Source: Scyliorhinus canicula
Lineage: Eukaryota
DNA: 64,000 nucleotides
Direction: 5' to 3'
NCBI RefSeq assembly: GCF_902713615.1
Contig: NC_052162.1
Coordinates: 131,650,653-131,714,652, forward strand
The stretch's first letter is position 1. Every line of letters starts with the position of its first letter. The notes under the pieces were generated by a model that did no database searches, was not told where the DNA came from, and saw nothing but the letters and a program-made list of their open reading frames with translations. Shown here piece by piece: positions 1 to 12,167 of this stretch. A program made the translations under genes and the position numbers.

Positions 1-154
1 GGTCGGAGGGCAGTCCGGCCCCAGGAATCAGCTGCTGCCCGGATGGGTCCTGGGCTCCTGGAACACCCAGTCCTACACAGTGGAGATGGAGTCAGAGACC
101 CAGGAACCAGAGGAGGAAATGACGGCCGGCTTCCAGCACCTGCAAGGGGTAAGT

Positions 155-517
155 ACATAGAACATAGAACATAGAACAGTACAGCACAGAACAGGCCCTT
201 CGGCCCTCGATGTTGTGCCGAGCCATGATCACCCCATTCAAACCCACGTATCCACCCTATACCCGTAACCCAACAACCCCCCCCCCCCCCCCCCCAACCT
301 TACTTTTATTCGGACACTAAGGGCAATTTATCATGGCCAATCCACCTAACCCGCACATCTTTGGACTGTGGGAGGAAACCGGAGCACCCGGAGGAAACCC
401 ACGCACACACGGGGAGGACGTGCAAACTCCGCACAGACAGTGACCCAGCCGGGAATTGAACCTGGGACCCTGGAGCTGTGAAGCATTTATGCTAACCACC
501 ATGCTACCGTGCTGCCC
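155..517 (-). mobile_element. tRNA-derived SINE (HE1-like) with CR1-type (TTCTATG)n tail
   Basis: Minus strand starts GGGCAGCACGGTAGC, has a B-box-like GGTTCAATTCC and the central TGGATTGGCCATG motif, ends in (CATAGAA)n on plus; many similar copies in the window. Confidence 0.85.
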
Positions 518-1045
518 CATATTGTACCTACGGAGTCCCCCCCCTCCCAATCCCGAGCAACCTGCACCCCCAGATACCTAAAGCGAGTCCCTGCCCTATG
601 GAATGGCAGCCACCCCCCCACCCCTGCCCACACCCCCGGCCGAGACACCACAAAATACTCACTTTTGTCTAGATTTAATTTGTACCCCGAGAAAGACCCA
701 AACACCTGAAGCAGCTCCAGTATTTCACCTATTGGCACACTCGGTTCCAACACATATAACAGCAAGTCATCAGCATTTAAAGACACCCTGTGCTCTATCC
801 CCCTCGCACTATTCCTTTCCATACCCCCGAACATCTTAACGCGATGGCCAATGGCTCAATCGCGAGTGCAAACAGCAGGGGGGACATAGGACATCCCTGC
901 CTCGTCCTGCGGTGGAGAGAAAAGTATCTCGAGTTGATGTTTTTGTGCGGACACTCGCCCTCGGCTCCTTATACAGTAGCTTCACCCAGTTCACAAATCT
1001 TGGTCCAATCCCAAACCGCTCCAGAACTGCTATCAGTGCCCCCAT
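518..1045 (-). mobile_element. L1-clade LINE ORF2 (RT) fragment, frameshifted
   Basis: HRVSLNADDLLLY, FGSFSGYKLNLDKS, FRYLGVQV; homologous to 28289-30903. Confidence 0.85.
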
Positions 1046-1046
1046 T

Positions 1047-1640
1047 CTACCCGGTCTGTGGCCTCCGTATAGGCGTCATCAGCCACGACCGCAACGGGTA
1101 ACCCCTGTTGGCCAGCAACCAGCCCCGCAGCCGGGGGTGGGTGGGGGTGGAGGGTCCCTTGAACATGTCTGGGATCACTGAATGCAGCAAGGTGAAAGAT
1201 TCATGTACACTGCCCGGGATTCGGGCCCAGACGTGCATGATCCGCATCTGATGGTCACAGACCACCTGACTGTTTATAGCGTGGTACCCCTTCCTGTAGG
1301 TGAACAGCGGCCTGTTATCCAACGGTGACCATAGGGCGAGACGCACCCCATCGATGACCCCGTGAACTCGGGGCATCCCGGCGATGGCAGAGAAGCCCGC
1401 TGCCCAGGCACCCTGGTGGGTGCGGTCCACAGGGTACTGGATGTACCGCTCCACCTGGGCATACAGAGCGTCCATGACAGCACAAATGAACCTGTGCGCC
1501 AATGCCTGGGAGATGCCAGACAGGTCCCCACTCGGCTACTGGAAAGACCCCATCGCGTAGACATTCAGGGCGACCGTCACCTTGACGGCCACCGAGAGCG
1601 GGTGCTCTCTCGCATTCCCATGCGGTGCCAGGTGTGCCAT
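1047..1640 (-). mobile_element. PIF/Harbinger DDE transposase (HARBI1-like) remnant
   Basis: GMPRVHGVIDG, YRKGYHAINSQVVCD, PGSVHES, GYPLRSWLMTP motifs; catalytic motifs altered and truncated by the L1 fragment. Confidence 0.85.
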
Positions 1641-3231
1641 ATCTTCATAGAATATTTTATCTACTTATCACTTAGGAGCATTGATCCTGGGTCCCGCGTT
1701 GCTAAGTAAGTAAAGTAGACTTTGTAATAACCACTGTTTCCGGTTAAAACTTTTAAGATATTTTATTATATTTTTTCTTTTAGAAGATGAAATCAATGTT
1801 TTTACAGAAAGGTAAAAAGATCTTTTCTTTGGATCCTCCTGGTCAGTTGATCAGACCTTCAGGTCTTCCTTGGCAATCTTTCTTCTTCAGCTTTTGGTTT
1901 TCTCCTGATGGATTCGCTGTTCTGCTCGGTTTCTGTGTTCTATCCTTCCCATGACCGAGGGCAGCTATGAGAGCTGACTCTGCTGGCTGCTATCGATTTA
2001 GGGTTTATATTTCCCTTCTAGCAGTTATTAAGTTTATGTGACATTATCGTAAAGTAACTGTGTTTTGCACTTGATTGTTCAATGTACCTTTAATCTTAAT
2101 TACTTCTAACACGACTATGTATTCATGTTGAGCATGACTTTTGTTCATCAAACTCTGATTACATTTTTTCCCTTGTAATGTTCAAAAGTGCTTTGATCAT
2201 AGAGGGGTTCTGGTTCCTGTCACTCCTAAAGTTGCTTTATTACCAAATAGTGCCCTTAGCTTGTCAGAACTCTGACTCTGATTTGGTGTTAACTTGTGCT
2301 CTCGTGCACACGTCATTTCCGGCTTCCCATATTCACCTGGTGTCAGCAGGATTTCACACCTGAACATTTGTCACCCAATTCAACTGAATATCCTGGCAAT
2401 TCTTTAATAGCTGCTTACTGAAATAATTAACTTCAAAGAATGTGCAAAATATTGTTTCTCTTCATGTAACTAAAAGTCCAATCTGCTTTAACTTGAAAGA
2501 CAGGCATCAGTTTTACAGCTTGAGCTGTTACAAGCTGTTTTCTTAATGACTGTTCGATAAAGGCTATCTGCATTTCAAAGCCTTCTTTTGCTGCTACTGT
2601 TAACCCTTTGTGGGATTTTTCCCTTGATTTTCTCATGTACCCTCAGGTCAGGTTTTGCCAGACTTCCATGTTTCAAATGACATATTTTCCCATTTTTACT
2701 TTACAAGGGGCACCCACCCATACGGCCATTGTCACTGTGTCACCCAGGGGCTGGAGTGGGTGGCCAGCATGATGGCTGCCGTAATGGCACTGCCCCTGAC
2801 TTGTTGGGGGCTGCTTGGCCTGTCCCCCCCCCTTCCCCACCCCAGCCCTGGCAGGGCCCACCTCCGCCCCCCCCCCCCGCAGAAAGCACAGCTGGTGTCC
2901 GAGCCGGAAGACCACAGTCCCCCCACGCCACCTCCTACCTCCTCTCTCTGCCGTCTCAGCCAGCACGCCAGGTTCACCATTTGTTCTACCACATTAGAAA
3001 CACGCTGTCGGGAATTCGGCCCATCCAGGGTGCCGAATCGCTGAGGTCATGGAGAATCGGTCGTCGGGACCGCTAATGAGATGCATACAGTACTTTCGGA
3101 CCGCGTGGCGGGTGCTGCGATTTCGCCATTTTTCGGGGGGTCGGAGAATGTTGAATCCGCGTCAGGCTCGATTTCACGTCAGAGCCGACTCTCCGGCCGA
3201 TCGCGTTTTGCGATTTCGACGTCACCTTACG

Positions 3232-3515
3232 GAGCATCCAGCCCCTCATCTCTGGAATCAGTCGTGTGAACCTACATTGAACTGCCTCCAATGCAACTAC
3301 ACCCCTCCTCAAGTAATGAGACGGAAACTGTACACAGCATTCCAGGTACAGTCCCATCAATGCCTTGTAGAGTTGCTACAACACTTGCCTACTTTTATAC
3401 TCTATTCCTTTCACAATAAATGCCAAAATTCAATTTTCCTTCGTTGCATCTGCCTGTACCTGCAAACTAGTTTTCTGAGATTCATGCACGAGGGCATCCA
3501 GGTCCCTCTGTACTG
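3232..3515 (-). mobile_element. CR1-type LINE RT C-terminal fragment
   Basis: LECCVQF...LEAVQCRFTRLIPEMRG. Confidence 0.7.
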
Positions 3516-3524
3516 AAACACTCT

Positions 3525-3830
3525 GAGAACACGCATGAACAGACTCAAAAACAGCTTCTTCCCCACTGTCACCAGACTCCTAAATAACCCTCTTATTGAC
3601 TGACCTCATTAACACTACACCCATGTCTGCTTCATCCGATGTCAATGCTTATGTAGTTACATTGTGTATCTTGTGTTGCCCTATTATGTATTCTCATGTA
3701 TTTTCTTGAATTCTGTTTAATTCCCTTTTCTTCCCATGTACTGAATGATCTGTTGAGCTGCTTGCAGAAAAATACTTTTCACTGTACCTCGGTACACGTG
3801 ACAATAAACAAATCCAATCCAATCCAATCC
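3525..3830 (+). mobile_element. Rex1/Babar-like LINE 3' end
   Basis: AGACTCAAAAACAGCTTCTTCCCC...GGTACACGTGACAATAAA(CAAAT/CCAAT)n; matches the 3' end of 12686-14471. Confidence 0.6.
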
Positions 3831-4317
3831 AAACACTCTGAGGTTTCTCTCCATTTAGATAGTAAGTTGCCGTTCTATTTTTCACACAAAATGGACAACC
3901 TCACACTTCTCCATGTTAAACTGCATCTGCCACATTTTGGCCTACTCTCCTAACCTATCTATATTCATTTGTAAGTATTTGAATTCTTTATTGCAATTTT
4001 CTATCCCCTCTATTTGAGCACCATCTGCAAATTTGGCTATAGTACCTTCTATCCCGACATCCAAGCCATCGATATAGATTGTAAATAATTAGGGATCTGA
4101 GGATTGAACCCTGTGGCACCCTGCTAGTTGCCAACCAGAAAAAGATCTATTCATCCCACCTGTCTGCCTTCTACTGGTTAGCCAGTACACTATCCAAGCT
4201 AATAAATTATCCCTAATCCCTAGTGATCCTTATGTGTATATTAACCTTTTGTGCTGTACCTTATCAAATGCTCTCTGGAAGTCCAGATATACAACATTTA
4301 CAGGATCACTATTACCC

Positions 4318-4712
4318 ACATAAGAACATAAGAACTAGGAGCAGGAGTAGGCCATCTGGCCCCTCGAGCCTGCTCCGCCATTCAATGAGATCATGGCTGA
4401 TCTTTTGTGGACTCAGCTCCACTTTCCGGCCCGAACACCATAACCCTTAATCCCTTTATTCTTCAAAAAACTATCTATCTTTACCTTAAAAACATGTAAT
4501 GAAGGAGCCTCAACTGCTTCACTGGGCAAGGAATTCCATAGATTCACAACCCTTTGGGTGAAGAAGTTCCTCCTAAACTCAGTCCTAAATCTACTTCCCC
4601 TCATTTTGAGGCTATGTCCCCTAGTTCTGCTTTCACCCGCCAGTGGAAACAACCTGCCCGCATCAATCCTATCTATTCCCTTCATAATTTTAAATGTTTC
4701 TATAAGATCCCC
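4318..4712 (-). mobile_element. CR1 LINE 3' end
   Basis: GDLIETFKIMKG...RTRGHSLK...FFTQRVVNLWNSLP; (CATAAGAA)n tail. Confidence 0.85.
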
Positions 4713-4799
4713 CACATGGCTTGTAACATCTTCAAAGAACTCTATCAAATTAGTCAAACGCGATTACTCTTCATAAAACCATGCTGATTCACATGGTCC

Positions 4800-5975
4800 A
4801 TCTCTGACACTTCACTTCTCTTGCTTGACTTCTCTGAATTTGTTACCGCTGATACACTGACCACCAATATTCATTGCAAGCCCACTGGCTCCCACAGCTA
4901 CCTCGGCTACAGCTCCTCATACCTTTCTTCCTGGAAGGATTCTTTCCCATTCTCCCAGAATTTCCAGCTCTGCTGCATTTGTTCTGATGATGCCTGCTTT
5001 GCAAATGGTGCTGCCGACATGTCTGCATTGTCCCTTAGCTAAGATGTTCCCCCAAACCCCTCCACTGTGGGTGACATGATAGCATTGTGGATAGCACAAT
5101 TGCTTCACAGCTCCAGGGTTCGATTCCCGGCTTGGGTCACTGTCTGTGCGGAGTCTGCACATCCTCCCCGTGTCTGCGTGGGTTTCCTCCGGGTGCTCCG
5201 GTTTCCTCCCACAGTCCAAAGATGTGCAGGTTAGGTGGATTGGCCGTGATAAATTGCCCTTCGTGTCCAAAATTGCCCTTAGTGTTGGGTGGCGTGACTG
5301 GGTTATGGGGATAGGGTGGAGGTGTTGACCTTGGGTAGGGTGCTCTTTCCAAGAGCCGGTGCAGACTCGATGGGCCGAATGGCCTCCTTCTGCACTGTAA
5401 ATTCTAAGACCAACTGTGTCCGACCCATCTCCCAGATCTAGTCCCTCATCCCTTCCCTTCCCTCCCAGAACTATGACAGGAACCCTCTTGTCCTCACTTT
5501 CCACCCCGCCAACCTCGACATTCAAAGGATCATCCTGCACCATTTTCACCATTGCAGCACCATGCTAACACTAAACACATCTTCCCGTCACCCCCCTGTC
5601 AGCATTCCACAGGCATCGATCCCTCTGTCACATCAGGTCCACTCCTCCTGTTAACTCCCCAACTCCTTCCCATGTCACTTTCCTTTACAATCGTACAGAG
5701 GGTAACATCTTCCCCTTTACCTCCTCCTTCCTCACCTTTGGATACCCCAAACACTTGCACTTCCTTCACTTGGGTTTATTGTATTTGCTGCTCCAGATGC
5801 ACCTCCTCCACACTGGGGAGACTAAACACAGACTGGGTGACCACTTTACAGAATGTCTTCACTCCCTCTGCAGTTCCTGATGCCTGCCATTTGAACTCGG
5901 CACCTTGCTCCCGTGCCGACATGTCAGTCCTTGGCCTGCTGCAGTGCTCCACCGAAGGCCAGCACGAGCTGGAGT
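4800..5975 (+). mobile_element. Penelope-like element relic (RT C-term/GIY-YIG) interrupted by a SINE
   Basis: KPTGSHSYLGYSSS, KDSFPFSQ, VYCICCSRC..GET motifs. Confidence 0.6.
5068..5406 (+). mobile_element. HE1-like SINE
   Basis: tRNA-like head, GGTTCGATTCC, CR1-type tail. Confidence 0.85.
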
Positions 5976-6261
5976 ACCAGCCTCCCCGAACAGGCACCGG
6001 AATGTGGCCACTAGGGGCTTCTCACGGTAACTTCATTGAAGCCGACTTGTGACTTGTGATTATTATTATTATTATTCCGACAGTCAGAAGGAGGCCATTC
6101 GCACTTACCCGACTTAAGCCCACTCCCCCACCCTACCCCGGTAACACCAGCTAACCTGTACATGTTTGGACACTTAAGGGGCAATTTAGCATGGCCAATC
6201 CGAAGCTGGCACTCCCAGTGCAGACTTTGTTGTTGGGAGGTTGTTGCTGTGGTGAAGAGTG

Positions 6262-6347
6262 GCTGCTGCTGTTGCTGCTCTCTCTCTCTCTCTGTTGCTG
6301 CTCTCTCTGTCTCTGTTGCTGCTCTCCGTCTCTCTCTCTCTCTGATG

Positions 6348-6378
<31 letters not shown>

Positions 6379-8935
6379 GTCTCTCTCTCTCTGTTGCTGC
6401 TCTCACTCTCTCTCTCTCTCTGTTGCTGCTCTCTCTCTCTTTGCTGCTCTCTCTCTCTCTGTCTCTCTCTCTGTTGCTGCTCTCTCTCTCTCTGTTGCTG
6501 CTCTCTCTCTCTCATTTGCTGCTCTCTCTCTCTCTGTTGCTGCTCTCTCTCTCTCTGTTGCTGCTCTCTCTCTCTCTGTTGCTGCTCTCTCTCTCTCTCT
6601 CTGTTGCTGCTCTCTCTCTCTCTCTGTTGCTGCTCTCTCTCTGTTGCTGCGCTCTCTCTCTCTCTCTGTTGCTGCTCTCTCTCTCTGTTGCTGCTCTCTC
6701 TGTTGCTGCTCTCTCTCTCTCTGTTGCTGCTCTCTCACTCTCTCTCTCTGTTGTTGCTCTCTCCTCTCTGTTGCTGCTCTCTCTCTGTTGCTGCTCTCTC
6801 TCTCTCTGTTGCTGCTCTCTCTCTCTGTTGCTGCTCTCTCTCTCTCTCTCTGTTGCTGCTCTCTCTCTCTGTTGCTGCACTCTCTCTCTCTGTTGCTGCT
6901 CTCCCTCTCTGTTGCTGCACTCTCTTGCTCTCTCTGTTGCTGCTCTCTCTCTCTCTGTTGCTGCTCTCTCTCTCTCTGTTGCTGCTCTCTCTCTCTGTGT
7001 TGCTGCTCTCTCTCTGTTGCAGCTCTCTCTCTCTCTGTTGCTGCTCTCTCTCTCTGTTGGTACTCTCTCTCTCTCTCTCTGTTGCTGCTCTCTCTCTCTC
7101 TGTTGCTGCTCTCTCTCTCTGTTGCTGCTCTCTCTCTATCTCTCTGTTGCTCTCTCTCTCTGTTGCTGCTCTCTCTCTCTCTGTTGCTGCTCTCTCTCTA
7201 TCTCTCTGTTGCTCTCTCTCTCTGTTGCTGCTCTCTCTCTCTCTCTGTTGCTGCTCTCTCTCTATCTCTCTGTTGCTCTCTCTCTCTGTTGCTGCTCTCT
7301 CTCTCTCTCTCTGTTGCTGCTCTCTCTCTCTCTGTTGCTGCTCTCTCTCTCTGTTGCTGCACTCTCTCTCTGTTGCTGCTCTCTCTCTCTGTTGCTGCTC
7401 TCTCTTTGTTGCTGCTCTCTCTCTGTTGCTGCTCTCTCTCTCTCTGTTGCTGCTCTCTCTCTCTCTCTCTGTTGCTGCTCTCTCTCTCTCTCTCTGTTGC
7501 TGCTGCTCTCTCTCTCTCTCTGTTGCTGCTCTCTCTCTCTGTTGCTGCTCTCTCTCTGTTGCTGCTCTCTCTCTCTGTTGCTTCTCTTCCTCTCTGTTGC
7601 TGCTCTCTCTCTCTGTTGCTGCTCTCTCTCTCTCTGTTGCTGCTCTCTCTCTCTCTGATGCTCTCTCTCTCTGTTGCTGCTCTCTCTCCCTGTTGCTGCT
7701 CTCTCTCTCTCTGTTGCTGCTCTCTCTCTCTGTTGCTGCTCTCTCTCTCTCTCTGTTGCTGCTCTCTCTCTCTCTGTTGCTGCTCTCTCTCTGTTGCTGT
7801 TCTCTCTCTCTCTCTGTTGCTGCACTCTCTCTTTCTCTCTGTTGCTGCTCTCTCTCTCTGTTGCTGCTCTCTCTCTCTGTTGCTGCTCTCTCTCTCTCTC
7901 TGTTGCTGCCCTCTCTCTCTCTGTTGCTGCTCTCTGTTGCTGCTCTCTCTCTCTGTTGCTGCTCTCTCTCTTTGTTGCTGCTCTCTCTCTGTTGCTGCTC
8001 TCTCTCTCTGTTGCTGCTCTCTCTCTCTCTGCTGCTCTCTCTCTCTGTTGCTGCTCTCTCTCTCTGTTGCTGCTCTCTCTCTGTTGCTGCTCTCTCTCTC
8101 TGTTGCTTCTCTTCCTCTCTGTTGCTGCTCTCTCTCTCTGTTGCTGCTCTCTCTCTCTCTGTTGCTGCTCTCTCTCTCTCTCTGCTGCTCTCTCTCTCTG
8201 TTGCTGCTCTCTCTCCCTGTTGCTGCTCTCTCTCTCTCTGTTGCTGCTCTCTCACTCTCTGTTGCTGCTCTCTCTCTCTCTCTGTTGCTGCTCTCTCTCT
8301 GTTGCTGTTCTCTCTCTCTCTCTGTTGCTGCACTCTCTCTTTCTCTCTGTTGCTGCTCTCTCTCTCTGTTGCTGCTCTCTCTCTCTGTTGCTGCTCTCTC
8401 TCTGTTGCTGCTCTCTCTCTCTCTGTTGCTGCCCTCTCTCTCTCTGTTGCTGCTCTCTGTTGCTGCTCTCTCTCTCTGTTGCTGCTCTCTCTCTTTGTTG
8501 CTGCTCTCTCTCTGTTGCTGCTCTCTCTCTCTCTGTTGCTGCTCTCTCTCTCTGCTGCTCTCTCTCTCTGTTGCTGCCCTCTCTCTCTCTGTTGCTGCTC
8601 TCTCTCACTGTTGCTGCTCTCTTTCTCTGTTGCTGCTCTCTCTCTCTCTGTTGCTCCCCTCTCTCCCTGTTGCTGCTCTCTCTCTCTGTTGCTGCTCTCT
8701 CTCTCTCTCTGTTGCTGCTCTCTCTCTCTGTTGCTGCTCTCTCTCTCTCTGTTGCTGCTCTCTCTCTCTCTCTCTGTTGCTGCCCTCTCTCCCTGTTGCT
8801 GCTCTCTCTCTCTGTTGCTGCTCTCTCTCTCTGCTGCTGCTCTCTCTCTCTGTTGCTGCTCTCTCTCTGTCTCTCTCTGTTGCTGCTCTCTCTCTCTGCT
8901 GCTGCTCTCTCTCTCCCTCTCTCTGCTGCTGTTGC
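6262..8935. repeat. ~2.7-kb compound microsatellite [GTTGCTG(CT)n]m
   Basis: Directly visible; generates the spurious 400-970 aa L/S/C and R/E/Q ORFs. Confidence 0.98.
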
Positions 8936-9779
8936 TCAGTTTGCTGCCTGTTCCAGTGCTGGTTGCTGCTGAGCTGCCTGGAGGAAGGAGAGATGAGGGA
9001 AGGAAGGAGAGAGGAGAGATGGACAAAAACCAGCTTTGGCAAAGGGCCATCGGGACTCAAAACGTCAGCTCTTTACTCTCCCTACGGATGCTGCTGGACC
9101 TGCTGAGATTTTCCAGCATTTTCCTTTTGGTGACAAAAACAAGGAAGCAACTTCAACAACAAAGTGGGAGTAAAGCCCTTTGGACTGCTTGTTTGCTGGG
9201 TCCCTCCACGGCTGAGGGCCCGGCCCTGCCGGTTCTCCCAACTGTCAGGCCTTCCTTATCCTATCCGCTGTGCTTGTTCCGGGACAGGGGTTCGAGTGGA
9301 CAGTGTGGTTGCTGAGCCCCTTCCAGGCTGAAGACCCCGTACACCAGTGGCTTCTTTCTGCAGGGAGGAAGCCGTGTCCATTGGGTGGTCGTTCCAGGGT
9401 GGGAGCACGGACTGTAGTTTTTACTGAGCCTTACTTGGGCTGAAGACCTCGCGAACCAGAGCCACTTACCTTGGTGGCGGCAACCTAGGGTGGGAGCACA
9501 GACTGTGTTTTTGTTGGGCCCCTTCCCAGGCTGAGGATCTGCCTTCACTCCTCAATCCTCCAGCTTCACCAGAATCTAAGGAGTCTCCCACCTCAGGCAT
9601 CCTGCAATCTATGGTGCCCCACCCTTCTGTGTTGCTAACCTCTTCCCACTGTGTCCCTTTCTCATTCTTCCCTTCCTTCCCTCGTTCCTTCCTAGCGGGA
9701 GAGTACATTGTTCCACCTCGCTCTTCCCCTAACACGCCCCCTCCCCTCCCCACTGTCTATTTCTCCTTCAATTCCAACA

Positions 9780-10310
9780 TGACAAAGCCCACATTGGGGT
9801 GGGCGTGGCACTTGCCCTGATGGCCACTCCACCTACGCTGGTGGCAGGGCTGTTCAGAGCCGCCTATGTGGGGGGTGGTGACCTCTTCGGCCTCCATTAC
9901 TCCCGCAGCCCCGCCACCTTCCGGTTGCTAACCCGGGAACTGGGGTTTAAGTGCTAATCTCACCCCACCATCACCATAGAGACGTGCGTTCGCACGATGG
10001 CCGGGGTCGTTGGCCCCTCGCCCATTATGGTCGCCTCTCGTATGTACGGGAAGGTCGTGTTCTTCCTGAGGGCCGAGAGGGTGGATCCCCTCACCCTTGA
10101 AAAGGGGCTCGCGGTGGGCGGGTCCTACGTGGCGGCGGACCCTCTTGAGGCCACTGCAGAGAAGGTCCAGTGTTCCGCCCAACCTCCCTACGGAGCTCCT
10201 CCTCCCTCACCTCCAACAACTGGGGGAGATTCGTTCACAGGTGGCGCCACTCCCTCTCGGCCTGAGGGATGCCCTCCAGAGGCACATCTACTCATTCCAG
10301 CACCAGGAAG
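9780..10310 (+). mobile_element. Tx1-clade LINE ORF1 5' fragment
   Basis: ASRMYGKVVFFLRAE...DPLEATAE; homologous to 50553-50786 and 51800-52030. Confidence 0.7.
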
Positions 10311-11138
10311 GAGTCGATGTCACAAGTAGGCTTACATTAACACTGCAATGAAATGAAATGAAAATCGCTTATTGTCACAAGTAGGCTTCAAATGAAGTTA
10401 CTGTGAAAAGCCCCTAGTCGCCACATTCCGGCGCCTGTTCGGGTACACTTAGGGAGAATTCAGAATTCTCAGCTGGTACGGGAATTGAACCCGCATTGCT
10501 GACCTTGTTCTGCATCACAAACCAGCTGTCCAGCCCACTGATAGGTTTTGAGATATTGGAAGATGTGAAGGGATACGGGGGATACTGTGGGAATACGGTG
10601 CTGTGGTACATCAGCCAATGCTCCCATTGAATGGGTCAGCAGGCTGGATGGGCCACATGGATGACTGCAGCTCATATTTGTTATGATCTCCTGCACAGGA
10701 AGCAGTTAGCTGAGCCTGGATCTGTCAATCACCCTGAATCAGTACCTTCAGGGCAATTGGGAGAGTGAATATTAGATACAGCAGAGTGAGAATGGAGGGA
10801 GAGTGTGTGGAATGGAGATTTACAGCTTTTGGAGAACGAGAGAGGAAAGAATGTTCCAAATGTCTGTTCTGAGTTTCTATCCTGTACTGACAGTGGTGAA
10901 TTTTGTAAATTGTTTTTACAGGATATTAGACAAGGAGGAATTACAGACAGAAATCTCAAACATTACGTCTCGATCTGACAGAGTCACTTGATTCCCTGAG
11001 ACCTGAATATCATCGGCCTTTGAATCAAGAAGGAGAAATGTTTGCCCAAACTGTCAGCTAAAGATTTCAAACATCAGTGTGACTGGAAAAGCACCGAGAC
11101 CCACAACACCCCCCCGAGTGAGAGTGTTCCAGTGAACT

Positions 11139-11448
11139 ATAATAGAACATAGAATATACAGACATCGAGTCTGCACCGACGCACTTAAGCCCTCACTTCC
11201 AACCTATCCCCGTAACCCAATAACCCCTCCTAACCTTTTTGGACACGAAGGGCAATTTAGCATGGCCAATCCACCTAACCTGCATGTCTTTGGATTGTGG
11301 GAGGAAACCAGAGCACCCGGAGGAAACCCACGTAGACACAGGGTGTACATGGAGACTCCGCACAGACAGTGACCCAGTGGGGAATCGAACCTGGGACCCT
11401 GGCGCTGTGAAGCCACAGTGCTATCCACTTGAGCTACCGTGCTGCCCC
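11139..11448 (-). mobile_element. HE1-like SINE inserted in ZNF A leader
   Basis: Absent from paralog E at AGTGAACT|GACTGT. Confidence 0.85.
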
Positions 11449-11451
11449 AAA

Positions 11452-11534
11452 GGGCTCATCTGGGATTTGAACCCAGGACCTCTCGCAAATTTCGAGACAC
11501 CTAAAGCGAGAATCATACCCGAGACCAACGAGCG
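11452..11534 (-). tRNA. tRNA-Pro-like pseudogene with 12-nt intron-like insert and TAG anticodon
   Basis: Minus strand reads GCTCGTTGGTCTCGGGTATGATTCTCGC-TT-TAG-G-[TGTCTCGAAATT]-T-GCGAGAGGTCCTGGGTTCAAATCCCAGATGAGCCC, close to the vertebrate tRNA-Pro body; D-loop and 5' end damaged. Confidence 0.85.
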
Positions 11535-11681
11535 CCTGACTGTGAAAAGAGCTTTAACCAGTTACACAGCCTGAAAAAACATCACGCCATTCACAGTGAG
11601 GACACACAGTCGACATGTTCTGTGTGTAGACAAGGCTTCCACTAATTGTCCAATCTGGAGAGACAGGAGGAGACCCAAAAC

Positions 11682-12167
11682 CTGGAGAAACCATGGAAAT
11701 GTGGGGACTGTGGAAAGGGATACTGTTTCCCATCTGAGCTGGAGATTCATCGACGCAGTCACACTGGGGAGAGGCGGCTCACCTGCTCTCAGTGTGGGAA
11801 AGGATTTACTGAAGTATACAGCCTGCAGAAACACCAGCGAGAAGTTCACATTGGGGAGAAGCCATTCACCTGCTCTCAGTGTGGGCAGAGATTTGGTAAT
11901 TCATCCCACCTATTGAGACACCAGCGAATTCACACTGGGGAGAGACCATTCACCTGCTCTCAGTGTGGGAAAGGATTTATTGATTCATCCACCCTGCAGA
12001 CACACCAGCGAGTTCACACTGGGGAGAAGCCGTTCACCTGCCCTCAGTGTGGGAAGGGATTCACTCGGCTATCTCACCTGCACTCACACCAGCGAGTTCA
12101 CACTGGGGAGAGGCTACTCGCCTCTCAATGTGAGACGGGATTGCCTGTTTCACCACACCTGCTGTGA
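11682..12167 (+). CDS. C2H2 zinc-finger gene A (5 fingers plus a degenerate 6th); canonical ATG replaced by CTG, possible pseudogene
   Basis: [13 protein letters not shown]..., TGEKP/TGERP linkers; no in-frame ATG in the ORF. Confidence 0.7.
   Translation: MEKPWKCGDCGKGYCFPSELEIHRRSHTGERRLTCSQCGKGFTEVYSLQKHQREVHIGEKPFTCSQCGQRFGNSSHLLRHQRIHTGERPFTCSQCGKGFIDSSTLQTHQRVHTGEKPFTCPQCGKGFTRLSHLHSHQRVHTGERLLASQCETGLPVSPHLL

Larger units (their letters stand above)
10922..11681 (+). other. ZNF gene A exon leader (acceptor TTTTTACAG|G at 10921/10922), degenerate zinc fingers, interrupted by SINE+tRNA insertion 11139-11535
   Basis: Aligns by eye with the leaders of B-E. Confidence 0.75.

Noticed and set aside
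317-550. Recurrent small ORFs (GHCLCGVCTSSPC, WPIHLTCTSLDCGRKP) across the window
   Set aside because: Translations of SINE copies
1047-1502. Domesticated HARBI1 gene
   Set aside because: Truncated, catalytic motifs altered, fused to an L1 fragment; best read as a transposon relic
2700-3230. GC-rich segment as a promoter for ZNF A
   Set aside because: Lacks the shared promoter motifs, is ~8 kb away and resembles a DNA-transposon fragment; family not assignable by eye
6011-9315. Very long ORFs (498, 971, 973, 771 aa)
   Set aside because: They arise from a stop-free microsatellite open in all frames on both strands
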